A stretch of DNA of 64,000 nt from Narcine bancroftii (GCF_036971445.1 NC_091473.1:191580001-191644000), one strand, 5' to 3'; shown: positions 12,912 to 27,100, counted from the first letter of the stretch. The notes: generated by a model not told the origin, from the sequence alone. Numbers and translations: made by a program.

Positions 12912-13891
12912 GTTTAAAGCTAATGGCAACTTGAGTGAAAATGTCAAAGATCTGCCATTTGATTCCTGTGAACTTCAGATCTTTGTTCTTGCATTTAAAA
13001 TGTACCATATTTGAAGGCTCAAAAAATATCCCCCGTGTCTTACATGCGAAGTTGAGATATCTGGTTGGCTAATGTTTACCTTGACGCCGTAGACTACCAG
13101 TACTTGTACCTAGCCTAACTCCATAATACTGTATTATTATTAACTCAAATATCTTTCTTTTTCTCTTAGCCTTCATCGTTCGTGATCGACCAGGGGTTCT
13201 GCACCTCTGGTAGTCACTGGTTTCTTTAGTAGTGTCGACTAGAGGGATTGAATTTAAGAGCACAGAGATGATGCTGGTACATGGACCTGGTGAGGCTGCA
13301 TCTGGAGAACTGCGTGCAGTTCTGGTCTCTTTACCCGAGGAAGGATGGACTGGCTTTGGGGGCGGTGCAGAGGGGGGTTCACCAGGTTGATGCCAGAGAT
13401 GAGGGGGTTGGCCTAGAAGGAGAGAGTGAGTCATCCGGGATTGGACTCACTGGAATTTAGAAGAATGAGAGGGGATCTTATAGAGACGTATAGATAAGAT
13501 AGAGGTCAGTAAGTTGTTCCCATTGGTGGGGGAAGACCATTGGTGGGGGAGACCAGAACTGGGGTTGTAGCATCAGGATTCAAGGGAGTAGATTTAGTAC
13601 GGAGATGGGGAGGAACTGCTTTTCCCAAAGGGTGGAGAATCTGTGGAATTCGCTGCTCGTTGAAGCAGTGGAGGCGACCTCAGTAAATATATTTAAGACG
13701 AGGTTGAATAGATTTTTACATAGTAGGGGAATTAAGGAATATGGGGAAAAGGCAGGTGGGTGGGGATGAGCCCATCATCAGATCAGCCAACGAATGGTGG
13801 AGCAGGCCTGATAGGCCGAATGGCCGACTCCTGCTTCAAATGTTTTGTCAGGTTGTACTTACACAATCAGATGGCAATAAACTTGACTTAC

Positions 13892-14019
13892 CACGTGGGG
13901 AGGAAGTGGGTCCATATGTTCAGTGTCTCATTGGTCATTTGGAAAGTGCTGATGAGGCAATCCCTGGCCGAGCTTTGTGGGTTGCGGTATCCAGACATAA
14001 TCCCATCTTCACGGAAAAC
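13892..14019 (-). CDS. PAQR6: PAQR6 coding exon 2: VFREDGIMSGYRNPQSSARDCLISTFQMTNETLNIWTHFLPT(W)
   Basis: 128 nt, cag acceptor and GTAAGT donor, phase 0 to 2. Contains the PAQR motifs GYR and NETxNIWTH. Confidence 0.95.
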
Positions 14020-14886
14020 CTGCGGTGATGGAGGAGGTTGAGATCGGTGCAGAAGAGAGCACAGAGCAAGGTGGGCTAGTATTTCCCCAGTCCCACACTA
14101 TGGAGCCCCAATGTCCCTCAGAGCCGAGGGTGTGCTGTGATGTGGGATTGGCTCAGTTCAGCGGAGTGAGCCAATAGACCATTACTGCCCCTCCCATAGT
14201 GCAGAGCTCCCTCAGTACCGCCCCTCCCACAGTGCAGCCGGGGCGAGGATCCGCGGTCAGAAGCTCAGATGGTCAGGCATATATCAGGAGTAGGCAGGTG
14301 GCCGGGGCAAAAAGGTCGCTTGGTGGAGCATCGGGAGCTCGGATAGGCGGGAGGTCAGAGATAAAACTGTTACATAGGTCACACAAAAACAACTCATTTC
14401 AGCGCCAAAAGAAGGGGAGGTTATGCAAGACCCTTCAGAGTGACCCACATTTCAGACCCGAGCCCTTCTTCAAGGAATAAGCTTAGAAAAGGAGGGCATC
14501 ATAATAAAGATATTGAAGATTGGCCAGGGAAGGAGTTCAACCCAACAAAAGGTGTTAATTGGAAATGATAAGAGGAGAGGTGAGAATTGATTTTGGCTCT
14601 GTGAAAGAAAGAGGGGGGAGAGGAGGTGAGGAGAGGGAAGGGGAGGAAGAGAGATTGGAGGGAGGGGGAGGTGAGGAGGGAGGAGGGGGAGGGGGAAGGG
14701 GAGAGAAAGTAAGGGGGGGAGAGAGAGAAAGAGACAAAATGATGGGGGAAGGAGAAGGGAGGGGGTGCTTAACCAAAACCAGAGAAGTTGATGTTAATGC
14801 CATTCATGCCATGGTTTGATGCACGGATCTGTGCGAGACCCTCTGCTCCGGATATGTAGAGGAGATCCAGTTTGCCTTAGACTTAC

Positions 14887-14937
14887 TCTCGGTACTTGGT
14901 GATTGCTCAAGAGGTGTGGCAACTTGACGGTTAACAT
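14887..14937 (-). CDS. PAQR6: PAQR6 (membrane progestin receptor delta-like), first coding exon: MLTVKLPHLLSNHQVPR
   Basis: ATG at 14937, 17 codons, GTAAGT donor (phase 0). Resembles the PAQR5/6 N-terminus (MLSLKLPxLLxxHQVPR). Confidence 0.9.
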
Positions 14938-15019
14938 CTTGGGAGACGTGGGCCGCACAAGGTTGGGGTGGGGTGTCTGCTGACAGCCTGTGCCAGATGA
15001 TCAACAGAGCCGTCAGGTA

Positions 15020-16120
15020 TCCCCCTTCACGTTCTCTTCCTCAGTTCCATGGTCGACCTGCAGGATTCACATCGAAGGTGGGTGAGAACATCAGAAGCAG
15101 GAGCTGGCATCGGCCACCCCACCCATCGAGCCCGTTCCGCCCTTCAGTGAGATCTCGCAGCTGCTCCGACAATCGGCTCGTCTCTCTGCCTTCCCTGCCT
15201 CGCCCCCGCGGATGCTCCCCGTTTAGTAAGGGATCGCGGTCGGTGGCATTGCGAGTGGGTTGAAAAGCTGGTGTGGTGGTTAGCACAAGGCCTCCACAGC
15301 CCCGCCAGCGCTCAAGCTTCGCCGAACGTAAGGAACTTATATTTTCACCTCATGTCGGCCCGGGGTTTCCCCGGGGTGGGGTCAACTGGCACGGGCTGGT
15401 GGGCTGAAAGGACCCATGTTGCATGTCCAAATTTAAACTTTAAAAAGATTGCCCTCAGTCTTTCCCCTTTCACCCTTAACCCAAGTCCTCTGGTTTGCAT
15501 CTTCCCCCACCCTCAGTGGGGGGGAAAAAAAGCCATTCACTCTGTCTACCCCCCTCCTTCATCATTTTAAATACCTCTATCAACTCTCCCCTCATTCTTC
15601 GAAGTTTCCCTCCCCTCCCCTCAAACTTTGTCAGATCAACCAGAACCTCTTCGTTTGAAAGTTGCCGGGCACATCGACCTCAGCCCGGGTGGCAGCCCGT
15701 CCACGTCTCCCGCTGCAGCGAAGCGACCGGCAAGGAGCGAGTGGTGGGGACTCACCAGCCTGCAGAACGGCGGCGGGGAGAGGGAGAGGGGGGGAAACCA
15801 CCTCCTCCTTACTCCGGACCGTCCTGACCGCCGCGTTTCATGGTCCCGCTGACAAGCGAGGGGGGGTTGCGGCAACTCCCCGTCGCTTACCCTCCCCAAA
15901 CCCAACTTTGTTCACCAACTCTCTCGGGGCCAGTCGCCGCCTTCTGGAAGCGAGATGATTGGAGAACGGGCGAAGACAAGGAGGCCCCTTGTTTCCCGAG
16001 AAAGGAGAGTGCCGTTTAAAGGGGCAGGGTCCGCTCAGCGCATCATCTGGCGCCCTTAAAAGGGGGGCGGGAACGATCTCCGGCAAACCTGGTCGCCAGA
16101 GTAGAAACACAGCGCTGGAG
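15020..16120 (-). promoter_or_regulatory. CpG-rich promoter/5' region of PAQR6
   Basis: Local CpG/GC enrichment just upstream of the ATG exon, a GC box (GGGGGCGGG near 16062), CCAAT on the minus strand near 15960, and a candidate non-coding exon donor (GTAAGC) near 15890. Confidence 0.6.
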
Positions 16121-17019
16121 AAGCTCAGCACTCAAACCTTGCACTTTATAGAGCAAAGATACAGATTGAGCCCTTCATCACCGCCAACATGAACCAAAAT
16201 CAGATTTCTTGTCATGGGCGAACCACCGAATCTGTGGTTTGAGGCCGCCTCATTTTGGGAAGATTAACCAAAGCATGTAGTGCAGGGGAGAGCATTGAGG
16301 AAATGTAGAGGGATCTGGGAGTAACGGTTCAGTGGTCCTTGAAGGTCCCATGTAGATTGGGTGGTGAAGAAGGTTTTGGGTCTGCTGGCCTTTATAAATT
16401 ATAGCATAGAATAGAGGAGCTGGGAGGTGATGTCGAGACAGTTCAAGGCATTGGTGAGGCAAGGTTGGAATATTATAGGAAGGGTAGATATTATGCAGAG
16501 ATTTACTCAAATGTTGCCTGGATTGCAGGATCTAGAATACGGAGAAAACTGAGTAGACCGGGTCTTGATTCATTGGAGCTTAGAAGGTTGGGGGGGGGGG
16601 GGTGGGATTTGATCGCAGTATTTAAAATGATGAGGGGGATAGGCCGAGTAGATTTGAATGGACTCTTTCCCCTGAAGGTAGGGGAGATTGGAACAAGGGG
16701 TCATAAGTTAAGGGTTAGGGGGCAAAACTTTAGGTGTAATATAAGAGGATGCTTCTTCACTCAGAGAGCGGTGGCTGAGTGGAATGACCTTCCGGAAGAG
16801 GTGGTTGGGGCAGGGTCAATTCTGTCATTGAAGAGGGGGTTGAATGAGTACATGGATGTGAGGGAGTTTGGTTATGGGCAAGGGACTGGGACTAGTGGAG
16901 TTTCACATAAATTGGTACAGACTAGAGGGGCTGAGATGGCCTGTTTCCGGACTGTAGTGGTTATACGGTTATATCACAGTTCCAGGAGTCACGCGTCATG
17001 GTAAGGGACAGAACCACTA

Positions 17020-17530
17020 GGCGGTTGACAACAGCACCTACCTGGGCAGCATCCTCTCTCGCGCCATGAACATGGATGCTGAGGTCAACAACAGGCTAGC
17101 CAAAGCCAGCGCTGCCTTTGGGAGACTCCATGAGAACATCGGGGAGTGGAGAGAACTTAGCCTTACCACCAAGCTGAAGGTCTACTGTGCAGTTGTCTTT
17201 AACACCCTCCTTTACACCAGTGGGACCTGGACTGTCTGCAGCCGACCCGCCAAATAGCGCAACCACTTTTACCTGAGCTGTCTCCGCAGGCTCCTCCACA
17301 TTGGATGTCAGGACAAAGTCCCCGACATGGAAATCCTGGAATGTGCTGGGTTCTGCAGCATCTATACCCTCCTGCTAAAAGCTCAAGCCAGGTGGACTGG
17401 ACATGTGGTCAGAACGCCAGACAGCAATTGCCTAAGCAGTTGCTGTACGGAGAACTGTGTCAGGGCAAGCGCTCAGTCGGGGGGGGGGGGGTGCAGAAGA
17501 AACGTTACAAAGACTGCCTCAAAGCGCCCA
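17020..17530 (+). mobile_element. RTE-clade LINE fragment
   Basis: YLGS..DAEVNNRLAKASAAFGRL..TKLKVY and LPKQLLYGEL motifs. Confidence 0.85.
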
Positions 17531-17609
17531 CTGCCATGGCCCAAGAACCGAGAGATCCGACCTGGCTCACAAAATGGCCGGTGAGTGCGGGGGCCCCGCA
17601 GGGACCAAT

Positions 17610-20600
17610 TGTTATGAGCCCAGAGGACCCCAAAACTCAGCAGCAATAGATATTAACCAAGACAAATGGTTACTTAAACAACAGTTGCTTTTAATTATCT
17701 TTAAACATGAAAACAGGATCAAGCTTTAACTTATCACTATTAACTACTTAACCTAACTTCATCCCCTTCTAATTCTATGCGCATATGTATGCAATGTGTG
17801 TGTGTAAGTTCAGAAAAGTTCTTGGATTCACAGTCCCATCTCACTTCTCATTCTTCCAAGTTCACTGGTTGCAGGCAATTCTTATACTGTGCACAGAATT
17901 TAACATGTATAAAGTTCACTAGGCTTTGGTGCTCAAAAGGTACATTGTTACCACTCAGGAAGGTTCTTGTCAGTTTTCAGAGAGAGATGTGTTTTTCTAG
18001 GACATCCACAACTGATGTTCTTCAATCTGTCACCTCAGTGTCTTGCTGACGAAACTTGTCCCCTCAGGGTTCTCCAGATGTTAACCTCTTTCTTTCAGGT
18101 CACCACAGAATTCCTTTTTGTTTCCCTTATTCCAAGTGAAACATTAGACAGCCAGTCCTCCCCTCTTGCATGAACCACAAGGGCTTTGACCAGGCCGTCT
18201 TACAAATGGGCTTTCCATAAGCTTGCCAACTTGGCCTGTTCCAGTACCAATCATAGTATGATTGAATTTCTCATTCAGATGGAAGGGGAAATAGTTAGAT
18301 CTAAAACTAATATATTATGCTTAAACAGGGGTGACTACCATAGGATGAGGGAGGAATTGGGCAGAGTGGACTGGGAGCACAGGCTAATTGATGAAACAGT
18401 TGAGGAACAGTGGAAGATTTTCAAATAAATATTTTGTAATGATCAACAAAAATATATTCTGGTCAGGAAAAAGGGCAGCAAGGGAGGGAAAAATCAACCG
18501 TGGTTAACAAAGGAAATAAAGGAGAGTATAAAATTGAAGGCGTAGGTGTACAAAGCTGCAAAGAGCAGTGGGAAACTGGAAGATTGGGATAACTTTAAGA
18601 GACAACAAGGGGTTACAAAGCGGATAATAAGAAATGGGAAAAAGGATTATGAAAGTAAATTGGCACAAAATATAAAAACAGAAAGCAAAAAATTTTATAA
18701 ATATATAAAACGGAAGAGGGTGGCCAGAGTTAACATAGGACCCTTGGAGGATGAGAAAGGCAAACCGGTAGCAAAAAATGAGGAAATGGCCGAGGCATTA
18801 AACAAATATTTTGTGTCAGTCTTCACGGTGGAAGACACGTCCAGCATGCCCAAGTGCGGAGCTAAGGATGCGAATGTTGGGAAGGGCCTTGATAAAATAG
18901 TTGTTACAAAGGAAGTAGTGATGGAGAAACTAATGGGACTAAAGCCAGACAAATCACCTGGTCCTGATGATATGCATCCAAGGGTTCTGAAGGAAATGGC
19001 AGAAGTTATAGTTGATGCATTGGTGGTCATATACCAAAATTCCTTGGATTCTGGGCAGGTCCCGGCAGACTGGAAGACAGCAATGTCACGCCACTTTTTA
19101 AGAAGGGATGTAGGCAGAAGACTGGAAATTATTGGCCAATTAGCTTGACGTCTGTAGTTGGAAAAATGCTTGAAGCCGTCATTAAAGATGATATAGTGAA
19201 ACTTTTGGAACGTAGGGTTCAATCAGGCAGACGCAGCATGGTTTTAGAAAGGGAAGATCTTCTTTGACAAACTTGTTAGGATTCTTTGAGGATATAATGG
19301 GTGCAGTGGATAGAGGGGAACAGGTTGATGTTGTATATTTGGGTTTCCAGAAAGCGTTTGATAAGGTGCTGCACAAGAGACTTATCAGTAAGTTACAGGA
19401 AAGTGGAGTCCGGGGAAGTATATTGGCCTGGATTGAAAATTTGTTGTCCGACAGGAGGCAGAGGGTCGGGATAAATGGGAGTTTTTCAGGTTGGCAGAGA
19501 GTGGTAAGTGGGGTGCTGCAGGGGTCAGTGTTAGGCCCACAACTGTTCATCATTTACATTGATGACTTGGAGGAGGGGACAAAATGAGGTGTAGCCAAGT
19601 TTGCGGATGACACCATATTGAGTGGAAGAGCAAATTGTAATGAGGATGTGGAGAGTCTGCAGAGGGATATAGTTAAGCTGGATGAATGGGCAAAGGTCTG
19701 GCAGATGGAGTACAATGTTAGTAAGTGTGAGGTTATCCACTTTGGCAAGAAAAATAAAAGAGCTGAATATTATTTAAAGGGTGAAAAACTACAGCATGCT
19801 GTTGTGCAGAGGGACTTGGGAATGCTTGTGCATGAATTGCAAAAAGTTAGGTTGCAGGTGCAGCAGGTTATTAAGAAGGCGAATGGAATGTTGGCCTTCA
19901 TCTCTAGAGGAATTGAATTCAGGAGTAGGGAGGTAATGTTGTAACTGTATCAGGTACTGGTGAGACCGCACCTGGAGTACTGTGTCCAGTTCTGGTCTCC
20001 ATATTTGAGGTAGGATATACTGGCTTTGGAGACGGTCCAGAGAAGGTTTACTAGGTTGATCCCTGGGACGAAGGGGTTGACTTATGATGAGAGATTAAAT
20101 CATCTAGGATTATATTCTCTCGAGTTCAGAAGAATGAGAGGAGATCTTATAGAAACATATAGGATTATGAAGGGTATGGATAGGATAGATATAGGAAGGT
20201 TTTTTGAGCTGGCCGGGGAAACTAAAACGAGAGGACACAGTCTCAAGATTCGGGGGAGTAAATTTAGGACAGAGATGAGGAAAAATAGTTTTTCCCAGAG
20301 AGTAGTAAATGTTTGGAATTATCTAACCAGGGAAGTGGTTGAGGCTGCTTCATTAAACATATTTAAAATTCGGTTAGATAAATTTTTACATGATAGAGGA
20401 ATTAGGGGATATGGGGAGAAGGCAGGTAGGTGGAGTTAGGTCATAAATTAGATCAGCCATGATCGTATTGAATGGCGGAGCAGGCTCGATGGGCCATTTT
20501 TGGCCTACACCTGTTCCTACTTCCTATGTTCCTATGTTCCTAACACTGTACACGTGATCTCTGTCCCTCTCTCTCTCTCTCTTAGAGAGAAAACTTGTTT

Positions 20601-20865
20601 GACTTTCTCTGCTTGCAAAACCTCATGACCCTCCTAGAACTACAAGTTCTCTTCCAGACAATCTGCAGCTCTGACAAGATCGTTCATCTGTTGCCTTTTG
20701 TAAACAACAATCCATTAGTGATGCCTCTTGGGTCCTCTCCAAAGCTCTTGCATTAGCAGAGCTCCAGTATTTCATACAAGATCTGTTTTAAAGTATTTAT
20801 GTGACCTACTCTAACAAACCTTTCCCAATTTATCTCCTAAAAACATATCTAGAAACTCTGTCACA
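17610..20865. mobile_element. Solo LTR split by the CR1 insertion
   Basis: TGT...ACA termini; 5-bp flanks ccaat/ccgat (TSD with one mismatch). Confidence 0.65.
18246..20541 (+). mobile_element. CR1 LINE, 5'-truncated, with RT
   Basis: [35 protein letters not shown] and RRMRGDLIE motifs; 3' (TTCCTATG)n tail. Confidence 0.93.
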
Positions 20866-23613
20866 CCGATGGCTATCGTCCCGCGTGACCTCCCGCACGG
20901 CGAGAAACAGCGGGCCACGGCAGGAATGTCGGCCAGTTGGTGCTGTGATGACAAAAGTTTGAAAACCACTGTTTTAATCATCCCTCATGGACTCATTATG
21001 TGCAGGGTTTCATGACTCCAAAGGAAATGGGCCAATGACGATTTTTCTCAAGCAAAATATTTCAGTAACAATTGGGTCTACAGCAGTGGTTCTCGACCTT
21101 CCCTTCCCACCCACAGACCACCTTAAGTAATCCCTTACTAATCACAGAGCACCGATGGCCTAGGAATTACTTAAAGTGGGATGTGAGTGGAAAGAAAAGG
21201 GTTGAAAACCACTGGTTTAGAGGGATATGGGGCCAAACACATGCAAGTGGGAGCAAAGTGGGTGGGACCATTTGGATGGATTCATGTATAGGATGGGGTT
21301 TAGAAGGATGCGGGCAGGTGGGACCAGTGTGGGTGGGACATTTGGACAGATCTATGGATAGGACGTGTTTAGAGGGATATGGGGCCAAATGCAGGCATGT
21401 GGGATCAGTGTGGGTGGGATATTTGGGTCAGCGTGGGCACGTTGGGTCAAAGGGTCTGTTTCAGTGCTCTGTGACTTTCTGAACCCAGCCCAGCCCTTGC
21501 CCTCTGCGGGACAGTCTGCCTCCAATTGAAGGTACAATGAACCACCCCAATCTCACAGGAGGCTGACCACCAACACCTTGCTCAGCATAGACACCATCAT
21601 CCATTCCCCACAGGAACATCGCAGAGGCACTGATAGAAGAGCAGGAATTGTTTCCAAAGAGCCCCCAAAATCCAGGGGAGGAGGTCAAAAGGAAGTAGCG
21701 GCGGAGGAGAAGGAGGGTCGTCCCTGTTACAGGGTGTTGTGATCTGGAATCGAAGTTACCACAAACGGTTGTGGAGGCCAGGTCAGTGTGTGTCTATTTA
21801 TAGTGGAGGTTTACAGGTTCTTGATTAGTAAGGGTGACAAAATTTAGGGGGCATGGCAGGAGAATGGAACTGAGTGGAAAATAACATCCGAATAGAGGAA
21901 CAAGCTCGACGGGCTGAATGGTCTCTTCTCCGTCTGCATCTTACTCCAGGAAGCTTCCTCTTACATGATACAGGCAAGCTGATGTATAATAGGCTGTGTT
22001 ACCAATGAAGCTGACTGGCTGGAGACCAAATCCGATCTGACAAACGTCTGCTGCGCGTGAAACACGGAAAACCGCCGATGCTGTTATTACTAGAGGAGCT
22101 CAGCTGGTCTCACGGCGAGGAAAAGACCTTCCCGACATTTTGGGCTGGAGCCCTTCTTCAAGGTATCAGCGAAGGGCAGGAAGGCGTCAGAATAAAGATG
22201 AAAGACTGGCAGAGGGAAAGCGGCAGCAACGCTGGCTCTGTGCAGACCGTCTGATATGACCAACCAAAATTCTGCCATCAGGAAAGAGGTGTTGGTCCCA
22301 CAAGACTCTCACCCACCAGGTCCAGGAACAGCTGTTACCCCTCCACCGTCAGACTCCTCAATGACAGACTCAATCAGGGACCCATTTAAGATTCTTATTT
22401 TTGCACTTTGTTGATTTTTAAAAATCTCTCTATCGCACAATTTGTTAACATTTCTTTATCTGTTTACATTGACTATGTTGAGTACAGTTTTTTTTCCTCA
22501 ATGCCAATAAGTGGTAATTCTGCCTGACCCACAGGAAAAAAGAATCTCAGGGATGTATGTGATGTCATGTATGTACTCTGACAATAAATCTGAAATCTGT
22601 GTCTACACAGGAAGTGATCCTATTGGTCCATTCCCCCCAATGTTCCCTCAATTCCAACAGTGTGGAATCAGAATCAGGTTTTTTTTGTCACTTTATTGGC
22701 TACAGTACTCATAGCCTCATTGAGGCATCCATTTTGAACTTACTCCCAGCTGCAACAACACCACTCTGACTCCCTCTAATGGTCAGGCACATCACTGGCA
22801 CTCGATCATAACACATGCCACTAAATTTGTTGTTTTGTGGCAACAGGATTGTCCATTTCAGGCGCAAGACTTGCTATAAGTGGCATTTCTGTGCATACAC
22901 TATTTAAAAATAAATGATTTTGTGCAAATGAAGAGAAAAGACTGTGGTTCACAGTTCATTCAGAGTTCTGATGGTGGAGGGGAGGGTGTTCTTCTTCAGG
23001 CTCTGTACCCACTTCCTGATGATAGCATCGTGGCGAGGGTTCAGCATGGGTGGTGGGGGTCCTTGAGGATAAAAGATCCCAGTCAGATTTGTCAGCTTAG
23101 TGCAGACCACTCCCAGTCCGTTTTGACCAACACCAGCACTCAGCAGAGCATTTCCAGTCCGCGACATGAGCTCTGTGCAGGCCACAACACCCCCCCCCCC
23201 ACCCCCGAGTCCGACCTGATTAACGGCGACTCAGTGCAAACCGCTCCATCCAGTCTGACCAAAGTCTGGTCTCCAAAAGCCACTTGATGCAGACCACGCC
23301 ATCTGTCCTGACCAACATGAGCTCAGTGCAGACTGTCTGATTTAAGCAATGCCTGCTCTGTGCAGACCGCTCCCAGTCGGTCTTACCGATGCAAATATTT
23401 TATTTTGCAAACTGCTCTTGCCCTCTGCACAGCTGGTTAGCACAAACAGGAAACCCACAAAGCGTCTTCAGTTGTTTCTAATGTACATTCACCCATAAAC
23501 ACTATGTGCGATTTACATCAATTACATTACATCTCCTCCCCTCCTTCTCAGCTATCTTTCAAACTGATGCTCATGGTCAGGGAACCTTGGCCAGTTTAAC
23601 CCACTCGCCAACA

Positions 23614-23656
23614 ATGAATCTCTTACTTTTTGGTGCGCTCTCCCATCTAATGCCTG
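23614..23656 (+). CDS. VJ-C1 receptor gene exon 1, signal peptide: MNLLLFGALSHLMP(A)
   Basis: ATG in gccaacaATG context, 14 mostly hydrophobic codons, then G|GTAAGT (phase 1). Splices in frame to the V exon (MPASVS-QVDQ). Confidence 0.8.
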
Positions 23657-24689
23657 GTAAGTGACCTGCACTCGCGCCACAGAGAATTGGCAGAGGGAGA
23701 TTTGGGGGTGGGAAGGAGGGTGCGGAAGGAAAAAGAAGGATTTTCTTAAACTCTGTTGGGTGACAACTAGAGAAGGTAGAATTAGGGAGGCAAAGCTGCT
23801 TCAAGAGGGGGGGGAACTAGAGAATTTAACTTTACAACATCATGGGCACACAGAGCCTGAGGTGGGGTCACCTCATGACGGGAATGCCATGGAAGCCATG
23901 GAGAGGGTGCAGAGACGATTGGGAAAATAAGACTTTCGAGTCAAGGTTAGCAGAGCCGGGGCCTTTGGAATGTAAAAGGATGACAGAAGTCTTAATAGAA
24001 GTCTACAAGATTATGAGAGGCATAGATATGGTAGACAACCAGCGCCATTTATTTCTCCTCAGGGTGGGAGTAGCAAACACCAGAGGACATCAAAGTGAAG
24101 GGAGGAAAGTTTAGGGGAGACGTCAGGTGTTTTTTTTAAACACAGAGAGTTGTGGGGGCCTGGAATGCATTGCCAGGAGTGGTGGAGGGGGCTGGAACAA
24201 TAGGGGCATTTAAGAGACTCTTAGACAGACTCATGGATGAAAGGAAAATGAGTGAGTTTGGAGGTAGTATATTTGGAAGGAATATACAGGTCGGCAGAAC
24301 ATTGAGGTTTCTAAAGCAGTGGTTTTCAAACATTTTCTTTCCCCTCACCAGGGGCACAGCGCTAATTTTCTAGGTGCTGTAGCTCACCTGAAATGGTGGC
24401 AAGGAGGGGCTGGAGCCATCGCCACAAGGTGCCAAGGTGGCAGTCTGGCAGCCTGGCACCCCTGCCACTCGTGTACCACCTTAAGTCATCCCTGTACCAA
24501 AGGTGCTTGGAGATTAGTAAAAGGGATGACTTGAGGTGGTGTGTGATTGGGAAGAAAAAGGTTGGGGTCCACTGTTTTAATCGTACCTAATGAGGTGCTC
24601 TCAAATTGCAGCACCCGGGGTGCCCTCCTGGGACTCAAGTGAGATGACCGGGTCATGTGGACCTCCTGCTCTTTTAAAATGGCAGCCTA

Positions 24690-27100
24690 AGGCATCATAT
24701 AGACAAATACATTTACTAAATACAGATTATAAATTAATAGCAAAATTACTAGTGAATAGATTGATGGACTGTGTACCGAAATTAGTGACAGTAGATCAGA
24801 CAGGATTTGTTAAAAATAGAAGATAATGCCTGTAAATTTATTAATTTAATCCATACAGCACAAATAAATAAAACACCAACTGTGGCAGTAACTCCTGATG
24901 TAGAGAAAGCTTTCAATAGGGTGGAATGGGAATTATCTATTTAAAGTACTATAGAAATTCAAATTACTGGACAATTTTATTAATTGGATTAGAGCACTGA
25001 TTAATGGTCCTTTGGCAAAAGTATTAACAAATGGATATGTTTCAGACCACTTTAAATTGAGTAGGTCAACTTGGCAGGGATGCCCATTATCACCTTTTCG
25101 GTTTGCTTTGGCTATAGAACCATTGGCAGAGCTGATAAGAAGGGAACCTATGATAAAGGGAATAAAAATAAAAGAGGAAGAATTTAAAATGAGCTTATAC
25201 TATAGTATATTTAACAGACCCAGATAAATCAATAAAAAGGTTTTATCCAAAATTGAAAGAATATGGGGCGATATCAGGATACAAGGTTAATATTGATAAA
25301 AGTGAAGTGATGCCAATGAACAAAGTCGATTATACAAAATGTAAAAGGGAATTCCCTTTTAAATGGCCATCACAGGCCATACGTTACCTTGGTATCAGGA
25401 TAGATAATAATTTAAATAATCTGTATAAATTAAACTACCAACTGTTAACAAAAAAAGGAAGGTTTAGAGAAATGGAAAAATTTACCATTAACTTTAATAG
25501 GGAGAATAAACTGCATTGAGATTAAGGTATTTCCACGGCTATAATATCTGTTCCAAATGGTACAGATTCCCCTGATAGGGGAATTTTCTATGAAACTAAA
25601 TAAATTGATAAGAAAGTTTTTATGGAAGGGTAAAAAATCAAGAGTGGCTTTGGAAAATTAACATGGAGGACTGCAGCTACCAAATTTCAAAAACTATTAC
25701 AGGACAGCACAGTTAAGATATTTATCAGATGGGAGAAAAACCAAATTGGCTCAGGATTAAATTATATAAATTAGAAGAAAAGCTCCCTGAACATTTACTC
25801 TATAAATGGGATGAGAAACTGGTGCAACACAACAATCTACCAATAGTACATCATATACTAAAAACATGGACAAGAATACATCTGGAACGAGAGATGATAA
25901 ATTATCAAATACCAAAAATGTTACTAACACAAAAACCCTTTTACAATAGACAATTTTTTTTTAAAGAATGGGCTAGAAAAGGAATTAAAAGAATAAAAAA
26001 TTGCTTTTTGGGAAATAATTTATTAACATTTGAACTGTTAAAAGATAAATACGGAATATTTTAAAGAAAAGTTGAGATTACCTGAGAGTAGCTGCTATGA
26101 ATTACAGACACTGGAATAGTAAATTTTTTTATCACAAATGTGTACATCAAATTGCAATATAAGGAAAATGATGAAACAATATATAAACCCAAACAAGGTT
26201 AGAAAAAAGATTGAAATATACGAAACATGCGCAGGAACCATCATAAATACAATAAATACTCAGTTTCATATGATACAATACAATTGGTTATATAAATTAT
26301 ACATGACACCACAAGAGTTAAAAGAATAGAATATCGGACAGCTGCTTCTGTTGTAAACGAGAAATTGGAACAACATTACATGCAATTTGGACATGTACAA
26401 AAGGGAAAACCTTTTGGGAGGATTTAAACCTAATATTAAATAGAATTACAAAAAATAGGATACCCAAGGATCCAAAAATTTTCTTGTTAAACATCATAAA
26501 AGACAAAAAATTAGACAGGGCTCAAAAAAGATTTATGATTGCGCTTGGCAGCAGGATAAAAGTGCATCATGATAACGTGGAAAACGGAGACAACCTTTAA
26601 AATACAACAATGGCCCATAAAAATGAACAAGTGGATTCCATTAGAAAAAAATACCTACAATCTAAAAGACAAATATACTTTATCTGAACAAATTTGGGAA
26701 CCTTACATAGAATATATTAGAAACCGCTGATTTCAAACCTCCATCTCTAAATGTGATAAAATACAAGTATGAAAATAATTAAATATGAAACAATTGAATA
26801 TGAAATAATAAAATATGAAAATTAGATACAAAATTAATAACAAGGTATGAAATGTGAAATAATTAAATATGAAATTTTGGATGACACGATTTCTCTTTCT
26901 TTTCTTTTGTGTTCTTCTATTGTTTATTTATTTTCTTCTTTCTCTCTTTTATTTCTTGCTTTAAGTTATAGGGGGTGGGGAACGTGGGAGGAAGGGGGAG
27001 AAAAATGAAAATGTCACTGTGTATATTTTAATGATGAATGTTCGTATGTATTGTTACTAACATGGTTCACAGTGAAATATTAAATAAAAAATTATTTAAA
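24690..27100 (+). mobile_element. 5'-truncated, decayed L1-clade LINE
   Basis: RT fragments (DYKLIAK, DQTGF, QGCPLSP), C-terminal region, AT-rich 3'UTR and A-rich end. Confidence 0.9.

Noticed and set aside
27067-27096. CACAGTG heptamer upstream of the V exon (possible RSS)
   Set aside because: Lies in an L1 3'UTR, has no ACAAAAACC nonamer at 12 or 23 spacing, and abuts no coding segment. Other heptamers I noticed also lack nonamers.
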